From the NCBI GenBank assembly GCA_035541735.1, contig DATKMS010000266.1:28834-92833 (forward strand): a DNA stretch of 64,000 bases, written 5' to 3'. Positions 28,207-38,385 of this stretch are shown here, one piece after another (positions within the stretch are counted from its first letter, which is position 1; every line of letters begins with the position of its first letter). Source of the stretch: Candidatus Margulisiibacteriota bacterium. Lineage in GTDB: Bacteria; Desulfobacterota; Binatia; HRBIN30. The notes below the pieces were generated by a model. It was not told the DNA's origin and made no database searches. It saw only the letters and a program-made list of their open reading frames with translations. A program made the position numbers and the translations under genes.

Positions 28207-29250
28207 ATGTTGGCACCGCTACCTGAGCGCGTACTGGTGAAGGAAGTCAACTGGCTGGGCGACGTCGTGATGAGTCTGCCGGCGTTGCGCGCCGTGCGCC
28301 GCGCCTTGCCGCGGGCGCACCTGGCGGTGCTGGTAAAGCGCGAACTCGCCGGGTTCTTCGACGGATCGCGGTGGATCGATGAAGTCCTCCCGTACACGGT
28401 GGCGCGCGGACTGCAGGGGGTTGTCGATCGGTGGCGCATCGTGGCGCAGATCCGGGCGCGCCGCTTCGATCTGGCCGTCCTGTTTCCGAGGAGCTTCGAA
28501 TCCGCGCTCTGGGTGACGCTGGCGCGCGTCCCGCGCCGCGCGGGCGTGGTCGCCGACGCCCGTGGGCTGCTGCTGACACATGGGACCAAGCTCGCCGGTG
28601 ATGCTCTCGAGGGCCACCAGGTTGGGCGGTACCTGTACCTGCTCCGTCAGGTGCTGGACATCGACGGGAGCAGCGGTGACTACGTACCGGATATCCACGA
28701 ACCGCATCGCTTGCACATGCGCGCCTGGCTCACCACTCGCCGCCAGCGCCCACAGGCGAAGCTGGTCGCGCTGGCCGCGGGAGCGGCGTTCGGGCCGGCG
28801 AAGGAGTGGCCGGCGGCACACTACGCTGCGCTCATTGATCTGTTGGCGCAGCGCTATGCGGCGGAGTGTGTCCTGGTGGGGAGCGGCGGCGAGCGGCGTA
28901 AGTGTGAGGAGGTCGTTGCAGCCAGCAAGGCCGGCGCGCTCATCGCTGCGGGCGAGACGAATGTCGGCGAGTTGCTGGCGTTGCTGTCGCTGTGCGACGC
29001 CTTTGCCGGCAACGACTCCGGCGCCATGCACGTCGCCGGGGCGATCGGCATCCCCACCGTCGGGTTGTTCGGGTCGACCAACCCGGAGCACACCGGCCCG
29101 CTCGGCGCGAACGCCAGCGTGCTGTACCATCGGATCGAGTGCAGTCCGTGCCTGCAGCGCACCTGCCGCTTCGGCCACTACCAATGCCTGCAGCAGATCT
29201 CGCCGGAGGAAGTCGTGAAATCCCTCTCCGACCGCGGCGCCTTCGAGTAA
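28207..29250 (+). CDS. waaF: GT9 ADP-heptose:LPS heptosyltransferase II-like
   Basis: RVLVKEVNWLGDVVMSLPALRAVRRALPRAHLAVLV resembles the WaaF N-terminus. C-terminal GNDSGAMHVAGAIGIPTVGLFGSTNP. Confidence 0.8.
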   Translation: MLAPLPERVLVKEVNWLGDVVMSLPALRAVRRALPRAHLAVLVKRELAGFFDGSRWIDEVLPYTVARGLQGVVDRWRIVAQIRARRFDLAVLFPRSFESALWVTLARVPRRAGVVADARGLLLTHGTKLAGDALEGHQVGRYLYLLRQVLDIDGSSGDYVPDIHEPHRLHMRAWLTTRRQRPQAKLVALAAGAAFGPAKEWPAAHYAALIDLLAQRYAAECVLVGSGGERRKCEEVVAASKAGALIAAGETNVGELLALLSLCDAFAGNDSGAMHVAGAIGIPTVGLFGSTNPEHTGPLGANASVLYHRIECSPCLQRTCRFGHYQCLQQISPEEVVKSLSDRGAFE

Positions 29251-29255
29251 GCGCG

Positions 29256-30245
29256 ATGCCGGCGCCGCGGCGCATTCTGTTTGTGGTGTCCGGACGCAAC
29301 GAAGTGAGCTGCCGGTTCCGCGTGCTCCAGTACATCCCGCACCTGCGGCGGGTGGGGATCCACGTGGAGGTTGCGGACCTTCAGGGCGCCGCCGGTGCGC
29401 GCTGGAAGATCCTCCGATCCGCCAGGGATTACGATAGCGTGTGCGTTCACCGGGCCTGCCTCAGTCGGCTCGAACAGCGCTGGCTCCGCCGCGCCGCAGG
29501 CGGCTACGTCTTCGACTTCGATGACGCAATCATGTTCCGCGATTCCTCGCAGCGCCGCTTCGCCTCGTGGCAACGGCGACAGCGCTTTCGCCGAATGGTT
29601 GCGGGTGCACGTACGGTCATCGCCGGCAATGGCTACCTGGCCGAGTGGGCATCGCGGTTCAGCGAGCGGGTCACAGTCATTCCGACGGCCATCGATCCCA
29701 GCGCGTATCCCGAACGGCGTACAGAACCGAGTGGAGAGCTGGTGATCGGCTGGATCGGGACGCGCATCAACCTGATGTATCTCCGCACCATCGTGCCGGC
29801 GCTGACGCGCGTGGCGCGCCAGCGCCCGGACGTCAAGCTGAAGATCGTCTCGGACGGCTTCCTTGACATCGCCGGTGTGCCGGTGGTGAACAAACGCTGG
29901 TCATTGGCGGATGAGGTCGCGGACGTCACCAGCTTTCACGTCGGCATCATGCCGCTCCCCGATGACCCGTGGACGCGCGGCAAGTGTGCCGTCAAGATCC
30001 TGCAGTATTTTGCGGCGGCGCTCCCCGTGGTCTGCTCCCCGGTCGGCGCAAATCTGGACGTCGTGGAGCACGGCCGCAGCGGCTACTTCGCCGCCACAGT
30101 GGCGGAGTGGGTAGCGCGCCTCGACGAGCTCTTGGGCGACGCGCACCGGCGGCGGCAGTTCGGGCAAGCCGGCCGCGATCGCATGCAACGGGAATATTCG
30201 ATCGAATCGACAGCCGATCGATTGGTGAAGGCTCTTGTTGGCTGA
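29256..30245 (+). CDS. GT4-family (GT-B) glycosyltransferase
   Basis: ATG at 29256 (MPAPRRILFVVSG). C-terminal GT1/GT4 pattern ...KILQYFAAALPVVCSPVGANLDVVEHGRSGYFA. Confidence 0.8.
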   Translation: MPAPRRILFVVSGRNEVSCRFRVLQYIPHLRRVGIHVEVADLQGAAGARWKILRSARDYDSVCVHRACLSRLEQRWLRRAAGGYVFDFDDAIMFRDSSQRRFASWQRRQRFRRMVAGARTVIAGNGYLAEWASRFSERVTVIPTAIDPSAYPERRTEPSGELVIGWIGTRINLMYLRTIVPALTRVARQRPDVKLKIVSDGFLDIAGVPVVNKRWSLADEVADVTSFHVGIMPLPDDPWTRGKCAVKILQYFAAALPVVCSPVGANLDVVEHGRSGYFAATVAEWVARLDELLGDAHRRRQFGQAGRDRMQREYSIESTADRLVKALVG

Positions 30246-30441
30246 GACGACCGGGCCGGGCGGGCCGTACGGTACATGCACAAGTCCTCTTCACATGTGA
30301 GACGGAACACGTTACAAACCGGCCGCGGCTGGAGGTCTCGACATCGCTGACGGGCACCGGAGGAAACGTGGCGATGGGCGATGACAGCGCGGCGGCCATG
30401 TGCTGCACTCCGTGATTCTCGGCAACATCGGACAAGTCACC

Positions 30442-33400
30442 ATGAGCGAAACGCGCAAGCTGGCGGCAATCATGTTCACCGACATCGCGGGCTTCACCGC
30501 GTTGATGGGAGCGGACGAGCAGAAGGCGCTGCGTGTGCTCGCGCAGAGCCGCGCCTTGGTGCGGGAGCTGCTCCCGCAGTTCCACGGGGCGGTGATCGAA
30601 GACCTCGGGGACGGGACATTGTGTAGCTTCCAGAGCGCGCTCGAAGCCGTGCAGTGCGCGCGCGTCATTCAGGAGTCATTGGGCAACGATCCTGATCTGC
30701 GTCTGCGCATCGGCATTCACGTCGGCGACGTCATCTTTTCCGCAGACGAGGTCATCGGCGACGGCGTCAACGTCGCCTCGCGGATCCACGCGCTGGCCGA
30801 GCCGGGCGGCATATGTGTCTCCGAGCAGGTCTACGATGCCATTCGCAACCAACCCGACATTCGGGCGACGTCTTTGGGAGAGCGCCGCCTCAAGAACGTG
30901 AATCGCTCGGTGAAGGTGTATCTGCTGAACGCCGCGCCTTTGCTGGCACCCAGCGGCATCAGCGCACCGCAGCCGGTCGAGCCGTTGCCGCCCCCTGAGA
31001 GAGCGCGGCGCCAGCTCACGCTGGTGTGCTGCCGCCTGACGGTGGCCAGCCTCGCAGGCACCGCCGTCGATCTGGAAGAACTCGACCAGGTGCTCCACGC
31101 CGAGCATGCGGTGTGCGCCGAGATCGCCGCCCGCAACAACGGTCAAGTCGCCGGGGTCATGGGGGACCGTGTCCTGCTGGTCTTTGGCTACCCACAGGCG
31201 CAGGAAGATGATGCCAGGCGGGCGGCGCGTACAGCGCTGCAGATTGCGGCGGAAGTGGAACGCGTGAGCGGCCGTCTGCAGCCTGAACGCCATCTGCGGC
31301 TGGACGTGTGCATCGGTGTGCACACGGGCCTCGTGGTCGTGCGTGAGGTGCGACAGGGGGCCGGCTACGCGCTCGGCGCCATCGTCGGCCCGACCCCGCA
31401 GGTGGCGGCCGCGCTGATGGAACGTGCCGGCGCCGGCGAAGTCCTTGTCAGCTCCGCTACGCATGAGCTCCTGCACGGAGAGATCGAGGCGGAGCCTGAG
31501 GGAACCCTCGCCGTCTCCGAGCCGTCGGGAAGCCTTGGCGTCTTTCGGCTGATTTGCGAACAGCCGCGTCGGGTGCGGTTGGAAATGCCGCCGGCCACGC
31601 GCGAGACGCCGCTGGTGGGGCGGGTGCGGCAACTGGGCGATCTGCTCGAGGCGTGGAGCCGTACGCAGGCAGGGCAAGCCGAAGCGGTTTTCATCCGGGG
31701 AGAACCGGGCATCGGCAAATCTCGTCTCGTGCGCGAGCTGCGCCGCCAGGTCCCCAACAACTCCTGGCTGGAGTGCCGCTGTGTCGTGGAGGACCAGGAC
31801 ACCCCACTGCGTCCGGTCGTGGATTTGCTCGGCGCCGTCGAGGCGCCGTTCGAAGAGTTGCTGGCGGGGTACGGCTTTGATCTCGCCGAGACCGTTCCGC
31901 TGTTTGCGGCGTTGCTCTCACGGCCCTTCAACGGCCGCTACCCGCCGTTGGTGCTGTCACCGGAACGGCAGAAGGAGCTGACGCTGAACGCGGTGCTGGC
32001 GTTGCTCCTCAAGATGGCTGAGCGACGCCCGCTGGTGTTTGTGCTGGAAGATTTGCATTGGGCCGATCCGACGACGCTGGAACTGACCGGCCTGCTCCTG
32101 CAGGAAGTGCGCACGGCTCAAATGCTCGGCACGCAGCCGGCGCCGCGCCTCTGTCTGCTGCTCACCGCCCGAACGGAGTTCGACCCGCCGTGGTCGACCG
32201 ACCGGGTGGCGATCATCCAGCTGGCGCCGCTCGGCCGGCAAGAAGTGGAACAGATGATCACCGCCGGGCTGGCGCATGACCAGAGCGTTCCGACCGCGGT
32301 GGTCGAAGCCATCGTCGAGCGGGCCGATGGCATTCCCCTTTTCGTCGAAGAGGTGACCCGAGTGCTGATCGAGTCCGGTGCCTTGCAGAACGGAGAGCGG
32401 CGCCCGGCGGACAGTTTCCCCTTCCCGATTCCGAGCAGCCTGCGCGACCTGCTCACCGCGCGCCTCGACCGCCTGTCACCGGGCGCCAAGGAAACCGCCC
32501 AGCTCGCGGCGCTCCTGGGACGCGAATTTCGTTACGACGTCTTACAGGCGGTGGCGCGCAAGGACGAATGGATCTTGCAGGAGGATCTTGCCGACCTGAC
32601 CACCGCGGGCCTCGTCTTTCACCGCCGCGGCGTGCACAGCGATAGCTACGTCTTCAAGCACACACTGGTGCGCGACACGGCCTACGAATCGATGGTCCGC
32701 TCGACACGTCAGGCCCTGCACCTGCAAGTGGCAAAGGTTCTGCAGCGGCAGTTTCCGGAAACCGACGAGCTGCGTCCGGAGATCCTGGCGCAGCACTTCG
32801 AGCAGGGCGGCGATCTGGCGACCGCCGTCGACTACCGGCATCGGGCTGGAGATCTGGCCTTCAAGCGCGCCGCGTACATCGAAGCGGCGCAGCAACTGGA
32901 ACGTGGACTCGCGCTGTTGCGCGGCTTGCCGGAGTCGCCCACACGCGACCGGCAGGAGATTGAGCTGCTCACGACCCTGGGCACGGTGCTCTTCTCGACG
33001 AGAGGGCACGCTGCGCCCGAAGTTGAGCAGACGTTTTCGCGGGCTCGAAAGCTCTGCGAGCGGCTCGGTGAGGATCTCTCGCTGAAGGTCCTCGCGGGTA
33101 TCGCATCCGTGTACATTGCGCGCAGCGACCGCGAGGCGACCGCGGCGCTGCTGCCGCGCTTTGAACGGTTGACCGCGCGCACTGATGACGTCGTCGCATC
33201 CATTACCGGTCACGCCGTGCTCGGGGGCGCCGCGTTCTGGAGCGGCGACTTCGTCGGCGCACGGCAGCACCTGGCAATCGCCAAGGGCTTCTACGGAACG
33301 GAGGAGTTCAAGCGCTTCTCGCGCGACTATGGCTACGATGGAGGGTTCTTTATCTACCCCTACACGATGTCGATCCTCTGGAACCTGGGATACCCGGACC

Positions 33401-34101
33401 AAGCCGAAGCGCTGCGACAGGAGTCGCTGGCCATCGCCGCAGCGTCCGGGAATCTCTACTCCATTCTGATCGCGTTGGGATTCGCTGCCCCATTGACGAA
33501 CGATCTCGGGCAACCGGATGTCACGCTGGTGCTCGCCGACCGCTTGATCGCGCTGTCCACCGAGCAGCGCCTGTACTTCTGGTCGGCAATCGGCATGCTG
33601 GCACGGGGTGGCGCACTCGCGCAGCAGGGAAACCTCGACGAAGCCATCGCGCTGATCTCCCAGGGCCTCGACGTGTGCCGCAGCGTCGGCATATTTGCCA
33701 GCTACGGCTACTACCTGACGTACCTGGCGGAGGCATACGCGCACGCGGGAAAGGTGGACGAGGGACTGCGGGTCGCAGAGGAAGGCATCGCCCGCTGCCG
33801 GACGGATCTCACGCGCTTCCACGAGTCGGACCTGCATCGTTTGCAGGGTGACTTGTTCGTCCTGCAAGGCAATGCCAGCGCCGCCGAAGCCAGCTATCAG
33901 CAGGCGCTCGAAGTTGCCCGACGACAGAGCGCCAAATCGCTCGAGCTGCGCGCGGCGACCGGCTTGAGCCGTCTGTTGCATGCGCAGGGACGGACGAGTG
34001 AAGCCCGCACGCTGTTGCAAGGCGTCTACGGTTGGTTCACCGAGGGCTTCGAGACGAAGGATCTTCGAGACGCTCGCGGTCAGCTCGCCGAACTGGGCTA
34101 G
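30442..34101 (+). CDS. Class III adenylate/guanylate cyclase, degenerate second cyclase-homology domain, STAND P-loop NTPase and TPR sensor protein
   Basis: LAAIMFTDIAGFTALMG...DLGDGTL...IGIHVGDV...GDGVNVASR. Second domain RRQLTLVCCRLTV...MGDRVLLVFGYP...IGVHTGLVVV. Walker A GEPGIGKSRLV. Walker B-like LVFVLEDLHWAD. The C-terminal ~500 aa is made of TPR-like helices. Confidence 0.85.
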   Translation: MSETRKLAAIMFTDIAGFTALMGADEQKALRVLAQSRALVRELLPQFHGAVIEDLGDGTLCSFQSALEAVQCARVIQESLGNDPDLRLRIGIHVGDVIFSADEVIGDGVNVASRIHALAEPGGICVSEQVYDAIRNQPDIRATSLGERRLKNVNRSVKVYLLNAAPLLAPSGISAPQPVEPLPPPERARRQLTLVCCRLTVASLAGTAVDLEELDQVLHAEHAVCAEIAARNNGQVAGVMGDRVLLVFGYPQAQEDDARRAARTALQIAAEVERVSGRLQPERHLRLDVCIGVHTGLVVVREVRQGAGYALGAIVGPTPQVAAALMERAGAGEVLVSSATHELLHGEIEAEPEGTLAVSEPSGSLGVFRLICEQPRRVRLEMPPATRETPLVGRVRQLGDLLEAWSRTQAGQAEAVFIRGEPGIGKSRLVRELRRQVPNNSWLECRCVVEDQDTPLRPVVDLLGAVEAPFEELLAGYGFDLAETVPLFAALLSRPFNGRYPPLVLSPERQKELTLNAVLALLLKMAERRPLVFVLEDLHWADPTTLELTGLLLQEVRTAQMLGTQPAPRLCLLLTARTEFDPPWSTDRVAIIQLAPLGRQEVEQMITAGLAHDQSVPTAVVEAIVERADGIPLFVEEVTRVLIESGALQNGERRPADSFPFPIPSSLRDLLTARLDRLSPGAKETAQLAALLGREFRYDVLQAVARKDEWILQEDLADLTTAGLVFHRRGVHSDSYVFKHTLVRDTAYESMVRSTRQALHLQVAKVLQRQFPETDELRPEILAQHFEQGGDLATAVDYRHRAGDLAFKRAAYIEAAQQLERGLALLRGLPESPTRDRQEIELLTTLGTVLFSTRGHAAPEVEQTFSRARKLCERLGEDLSLKVLAGIASVYIARSDREATAALLPRFERLTARTDDVVASITGHAVLGGAAFWSGDFVGARQHLAIAKGFYGTEEFKRFSRDYGYDGGFFIYPYTMSILWNLGYPDQAEALRQESLAIAAASGNLYSILIALGFAAPLTNDLGQPDVTLVLADRLIALSTEQRLYFWSAIGMLARGGALAQQGNLDEAIALISQGLDVCRSVGIFASYGYYLTYLAEAYAHAGKVDEGLRVAEEGIARCRTDLTRFHESDLHRLQGDLFVLQGNASAAEASYQQALEVARRQSAKSLELRAATGLSRLLHAQGRTSEARTLLQGVYGWFTEGFETKDLRDARGQLAELG

Positions 34102-34150
34102 TTCGGTCCACCGCCTGCCGCCGATTCTCTTCGCATCACGGGACGTGTGT

Positions 34151-35179
34151 CTACGCCCGCTCCAGTACCCACGTCACCAACTCTTGGATGAACCGCTTGT
34201 CGCGTGAGTCCGGCAAGCCGTCGTAGGCGAGCGAAAACTCGTGCCGGGCGGCACCGGCGAGGGCGTGGGCGACTTGCTGGGCGTGCTCGAGGCAGCCGTA
34301 GGTGTCCATGCGCTCGCGGATCGACATGACGTCCGCCGCCTGCCGTTGCCGGCGCGGCTGCGCGAGAAACTCGGCGATGCGGGCGCGTTCATCCGGCGTC
34401 GCTGCCCGCAGCAGATGGATCAGCATCAGCGTGCGCTTGCCTTCCCAGATGTCGCCGTCCAGTTCCTTACCGTAGCGCAACGGATCTCCGGCGAGATTCA
34501 GCAAATCGTCCTGAATCTGGAACGCCGCACCGAGAAAGAAGCCGAAGCGGATGAAGCGATCCAGGTTGCGCTCATCACGCGTGCCGATGAGGGCACCGAC
34601 GCGGCTCGGGAAGATCGTCGTGTACCAGCAGGTCTTCTTCAAGACCATGTCGAGATAGTCTGCTTCGGAGAGGTTGATGGCATTGTCGCGGCGCCATCCC
34701 AGCTCCATGGCCTGCCCCTCGATGCTCTCGCGAGCCATGCGTTCCGCCTCTTCGAGAATGCGCAGAGTGAGTGACGGGCCAAGCGCCTGCCGATTGTCGA
34801 TCAGTGCGCGCAGCCCGAGGAGGGTGAGGGCATCGCCGACGTTGACCGCGACCGGAACGCCGTGCAGAGCGTGCAGCGTCGGCCGGCCGCGCCGCTCGTC
34901 GCTGTCGTCTTCGACGTCGTCGTGCACGAGAAACGCGTTGTGCAGGAGCTCCAATGCGACGGCCGTGCGCACCGCGTCCTCCGCCGCCGCTCCGAAGGCA
35001 CGCGCCGTCGCGATGCACAAGCTCGGCCGCAACATGCGCCCGCCGCGCCGTGGATAGTCGGCGACCAGGCCGTAGAGATGGCGCTGTGGCTCTCTCGGCC
35101 GCAAGTAGTCACAGAGCGCAACCCGCGTGAGGTCGCCGTACTCCTTCAACACTGCCGGCACCAGGCGGCTGTCGCTCAT
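34151..35179 (-). CDS. Polyprenyl diphosphate synthase (GGPP synthase-like, trans-IPPS)
   Basis: FARM LLHNAFLVHDDVEDDSDERRGRPT. SARM AFQIQDDLLNL. 342 aa. Confidence 0.9.
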   Translation of the reverse strand: MSDSRLVPAVLKEYGDLTRVALCDYLRPREPQRHLYGLVADYPRRGGRMLRPSLCIATARAFGAAAEDAVRTAVALELLHNAFLVHDDVEDDSDERRGRPTLHALHGVPVAVNVGDALTLLGLRALIDNRQALGPSLTLRILEEAERMARESIEGQAMELGWRRDNAINLSEADYLDMVLKKTCWYTTIFPSRVGALIGTRDERNLDRFIRFGFFLGAAFQIQDDLLNLAGDPLRYGKELDGDIWEGKRTLMLIHLLRAATPDERARIAEFLAQPRRQRQAADVMSIRERMDTYGCLEHAQQVAHALAGAARHEFSLAYDGLPDSRDKRFIQELVTWVLERA

Positions 35180-35197
35180 TCGTTTTTGAACAAGCTG

Positions 35198-35998
35198 TCA
35201 GGACTGTGCGGCGATGCGGAGACTGAGCGTGCCCACCGGCCGACTGCTTTGCTGATCAACGATCACGCCGCTGTAGACGCCTGCCGGCTGGCCCGGCGGC
35301 ACCCTGACCCACAGGGTCGCGGGCTCGCCATCCGCCCCGGGCCGAATGCCGACGTCGCTCAAACGCGGCTTGTCCGGGTCCACCGCGCGCAGCGCGTGCA
35401 CGATCAGCTGGCGGTCGGTGGCGTCCGGTCGCAGGTCGAGTGTCACCTCTGTCGGCTGCGCCGCAGCGACCTCGATCTTGACGCGCACCGGCTGCACGTG
35501 CTCGGTCGCTGGACCTGGCGCTGCAGGCGCGCTGTGTTCCCTCGCACCGTCACTGGCGGCCGGCGCTTTGGCACTGTCGGCAGCGGCCTGCGGCCTGAGC
35601 AGCGCACTGTCCGTCGCCGCACGCTGCAGCAGATCGAGCCAGAGGGCCGCGAAATCGGAGGCGTACTGCAACGTCCGCACACCGAGGTCCTGCACGTCGC
35701 CGGTGATCGCCTGCACGTCATACGAGCGCTCGCTGATGCGCCGCGCCGCCTGCTGCCCGCGGCGAATGTACTCGTCGACAACGCGATAGCCGAGGTCGAC
35801 GGAACGCGACACGACGTCGTTCAGCGACCCGCCATGCGCCTGGCGCGCCGCCGGCCCCGGCTTCGAGTCGGCTTGGGTGGTTTCGGCAGCAGGCCCGTCG
35901 AAGAGCGTCGACCAGTTGCGCATCGGCCGGGTCCGCTCGAGCTTGGGTCTTGTGATCCGCTCGCCAGCACTCACGATCGCCTCCTTTATCGCCCCCAT
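35198..35998 (-). CDS. Hypothetical protein (helical N-terminal half, Ala/Pro linker, beta-rich C-terminal domain)
   Basis: Start taken at MGAIKEAIV, with GGAAGG upstream. It sits between the FAD oxidoreductase and the polyprenyl synthase on the same strand. No motif recognised. Confidence 0.5.
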   Translation of the reverse strand: MGAIKEAIVSAGERITRPKLERTRPMRNWSTLFDGPAAETTQADSKPGPAARQAHGGSLNDVVSRSVDLGYRVVDEYIRRGQQAARRISERSYDVQAITGDVQDLGVRTLQYASDFAALWLDLLQRAATDSALLRPQAAADSAKAPAASDGAREHSAPAAPGPATEHVQPVRVKIEVAAAQPTEVTLDLRPDATDRQLIVHALRAVDPDKPRLSDVGIRPGADGEPATLWVRVPPGQPAGVYSGVIVDQQSSRPVGTLSLRIAAQS

Positions 35999-36080
35999 CC
36001 TGGCCTTCCCCGGTTCGCGGAAGTGCTCACAGGGAAGGGACCGATACGCGCAGGGCGGTCGCATTTGTCGATGGTCTCTA

Positions 36081-38258
36081 TCACGGGTGATCGAATCCCA
36101 CGATATCCTCCAGGCGCGGCGACTGAGCAATCGCGTGCGCCGCCAGCCGCCCGGAGATCACCGCCGCCTCGACGCAGCCGGCGTTGAAACCGCAGTCGGT
36201 CCAGTCGCCGGCGATCGTGAGGTTGTCGTACGTCGCATCGAGCGGCGAGATACGATACGCGCTGCTCCCCGGCAAGGACAGCGCGTAGCGGTCGGAGGGG
36301 TTGATGTTCGCGCGCCAGTACTGTGATGCAAACTGCGCATCGGCGTCTCGCGGAGCGGGTCCGTGGGGCGCTTTTGGATCGACGAGCAGATCCCAGCGGA
36401 ACGCGCCGGACGCGCCGACTGCCTGTGGCCAGAGGTTGACAATGTCGCGATTCAAAAAGCGCATCGCGCTGCGTCGCACCTGCTCGTGCAGCAGTGCCGG
36501 ATACTGGGAGTCGGCGCGCTGGCCAGAGCCGTCGGGTTCGGGCAACACGTTGCAGAAATAGGCGAGCGACTGCGGCTGTTGCGGCCAGCGCTCATGAGAA
36601 AGCAGGTGCCGCATGTCGGCCCAGGTGTCGAAGGGGTCTGTAAACCCACAGACGACGATCGGTGCGTCGGTCCACCCTAGGTCCTTCATGTCAGCGCTCA
36701 GCCAGATCTGAAACGCCTGCGTGGCCACCGTCTTCACGTGATCGACCATCGCCCGCCAGCGCGGGTCGCGCGCGACGATCTCTTTGCAAACGTGGGGAAT
36801 GGCGCCGAGGCTCACGCCGAGGACGACGAAATCGAAGTCGTCGGTGACGCGCAACGTCTGCGTGCGCAGCTTACGGCGATCCCAATGCGATTCGAAGTCC
36901 CAGCGCTCACGCTCACAGCGCTCTCCATCAACGAGCTGGCGGTAGTCGGGCGTTGACGGCCAGCACGGCAGTCCTTGGATCTCCACGAGCGGTTCGTACG
37001 CGCCGCCGCCGTTGATCTCCGCTTGGACGTCAAACTCCAGCGCTTCGACATATGGCGACTCACCTTCCGCCAGGCGCGTGGCTAGCTTGACGTTCTCGAG
37101 GCGATGGAAGAACTCGAAGCGCACGCCGCGCCGCCTGAGGACTTCATAGAACGGGGCGAACACGACGTCGCCCATGCCCGCCTGCATCGTCCAGAAGAAG
37201 GCGCCGCGGTACGTGAAGAACGCGCGCACCGTGGCCCGCAGCGCTTGCCCGGCGGCGATGCGTGGCCGTGACGGGTCGCCATCCGCGTAGGAGAACCCGA
37301 GATCGTAGAGCGCCTTCATGAAGCCCGAATTGACCGAGCGCTCCGACGCGCCGTTCAGCAGCAGCCACTCGCGGCAGTCGTACTCGTCGATGGCATCGAA
37401 GCCGCGCGGATCGGTCAGGATGCCGAAGCGGATCTCGCCGCGCAGCGTCGCCAACGTCAGGTCGATGACCTCCCACACGCGGCGCACCGCCGGGTCCCGT
37501 TCGAGACGCGCTTCGAGCAGCGTGCGCGCGCTGTGCGCAATCGCGTCGAGAAAACGGAGAATGACGTTTTCGGGGTAGCGCGCCAGTGATCCGGTCGCCA
37601 ATTCCAGCAGCTCGACTGCTTGAATGAGCCCGGCCAGGCTGGCCAGCTCGCCGTAGCGGAGCAGCCGACTGATGGCGTCGAGAAGTCCAGGCGGGGAGCG
37701 TTCTGCCTCAGCGTTCGGCTCCGGCTGCCCGGCTGCGGCTGGGCCTTGCGTCCCCGCGGCATCGTTACTTTGGATGGTCTGCAGAAGCGCGCGCAGCAAC
37801 TCGAACGAGCGCTTCATGTAGTCGGCAACACTCCAGCGTTTCGCGTCCGCGAATGGATCGCCCGGAAGGCCTTCCGTCGGGGGGAGGTTGGCCTTCCAGA
37901 GTGACCACTGACCGTCTGCGGACTTTTCGGGAATACCGATGAGTTGGAGAGGGGCGAAGGCGTCACGCCAGTCGGCGATCGGGCAGGTGCGCGGATCACG
38001 ATTCAGCTCGGCGTAGCACTCGCGCATGAGCCGGAAGGCATTCTCGTACCAGCCCATCCAGAGGTGCAGTCCGTGCTCTTCGATGCGGTCGGCCACGCCT
38101 CTGCCTGACGCGCCCTTGCCGCCCAGTCGCCAGCCGAGCTGGTAGACGGTGACTTGGTATCTGCCGTGGTGCTCGGGTCGCGTCAGTTCGAATGCGGCAG
38201 TGATCGCGGCGCAGCCTCCGCCGATGATCGCGACTTTGATCGCTTTAGACTCACTCAC
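36081..38258 (-). CDS. Large FAD/NAD(P)-binding amine-oxidase-fold oxidoreductase (COG3349 / CrtU-like family)
   Basis: KVAIIGGGCAAITAAFEL dinucleotide fold. YQLGWRLGGKGASGR...EEHGLHLWMGWYENAFRL. C-terminal LTIAGDWTDCGFNAGCVEAAVISG. 725 aa. Confidence 0.75.
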   Translation of the reverse strand: MSESKAIKVAIIGGGCAAITAAFELTRPEHHGRYQVTVYQLGWRLGGKGASGRGVADRIEEHGLHLWMGWYENAFRLMRECYAELNRDPRTCPIADWRDAFAPLQLIGIPEKSADGQWSLWKANLPPTEGLPGDPFADAKRWSVADYMKRSFELLRALLQTIQSNDAAGTQGPAAAGQPEPNAEAERSPPGLLDAISRLLRYGELASLAGLIQAVELLELATGSLARYPENVILRFLDAIAHSARTLLEARLERDPAVRRVWEVIDLTLATLRGEIRFGILTDPRGFDAIDEYDCREWLLLNGASERSVNSGFMKALYDLGFSYADGDPSRPRIAAGQALRATVRAFFTYRGAFFWTMQAGMGDVVFAPFYEVLRRRGVRFEFFHRLENVKLATRLAEGESPYVEALEFDVQAEINGGGAYEPLVEIQGLPCWPSTPDYRQLVDGERCERERWDFESHWDRRKLRTQTLRVTDDFDFVVLGVSLGAIPHVCKEIVARDPRWRAMVDHVKTVATQAFQIWLSADMKDLGWTDAPIVVCGFTDPFDTWADMRHLLSHERWPQQPQSLAYFCNVLPEPDGSGQRADSQYPALLHEQVRRSAMRFLNRDIVNLWPQAVGASGAFRWDLLVDPKAPHGPAPRDADAQFASQYWRANINPSDRYALSLPGSSAYRISPLDATYDNLTIAGDWTDCGFNAGCVEAAVISGRLAAHAIAQSPRLEDIVGFDHP

Positions 38259-38385
38259 ACGTCAGCTTCGCAGCTCGGAGAGTGACTCGGACTGTGCGTG
38301 CAACGCCAGTCTCCCTCCGGATTCGAGGCGCTCTATCAAACTTCCGGACGCGTGAAAACACGCTGCGCGATCGATGAACGGAGCG

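Noticed and set aside
30442-34101. Cyclase-STAND-TPR protein as an Avs-like antiviral STAND sensor
   Set aside because: The effector-NTPase-TPR layout is superficially similar. However, cyclase-STAND-TPR signalling proteins are common housekeeping regulators in high-GC bacteria, and there are no neighbouring defence genes, cyclic-nucleotide effectors or mobile-element signatures. The sequence alone does not support this reading.
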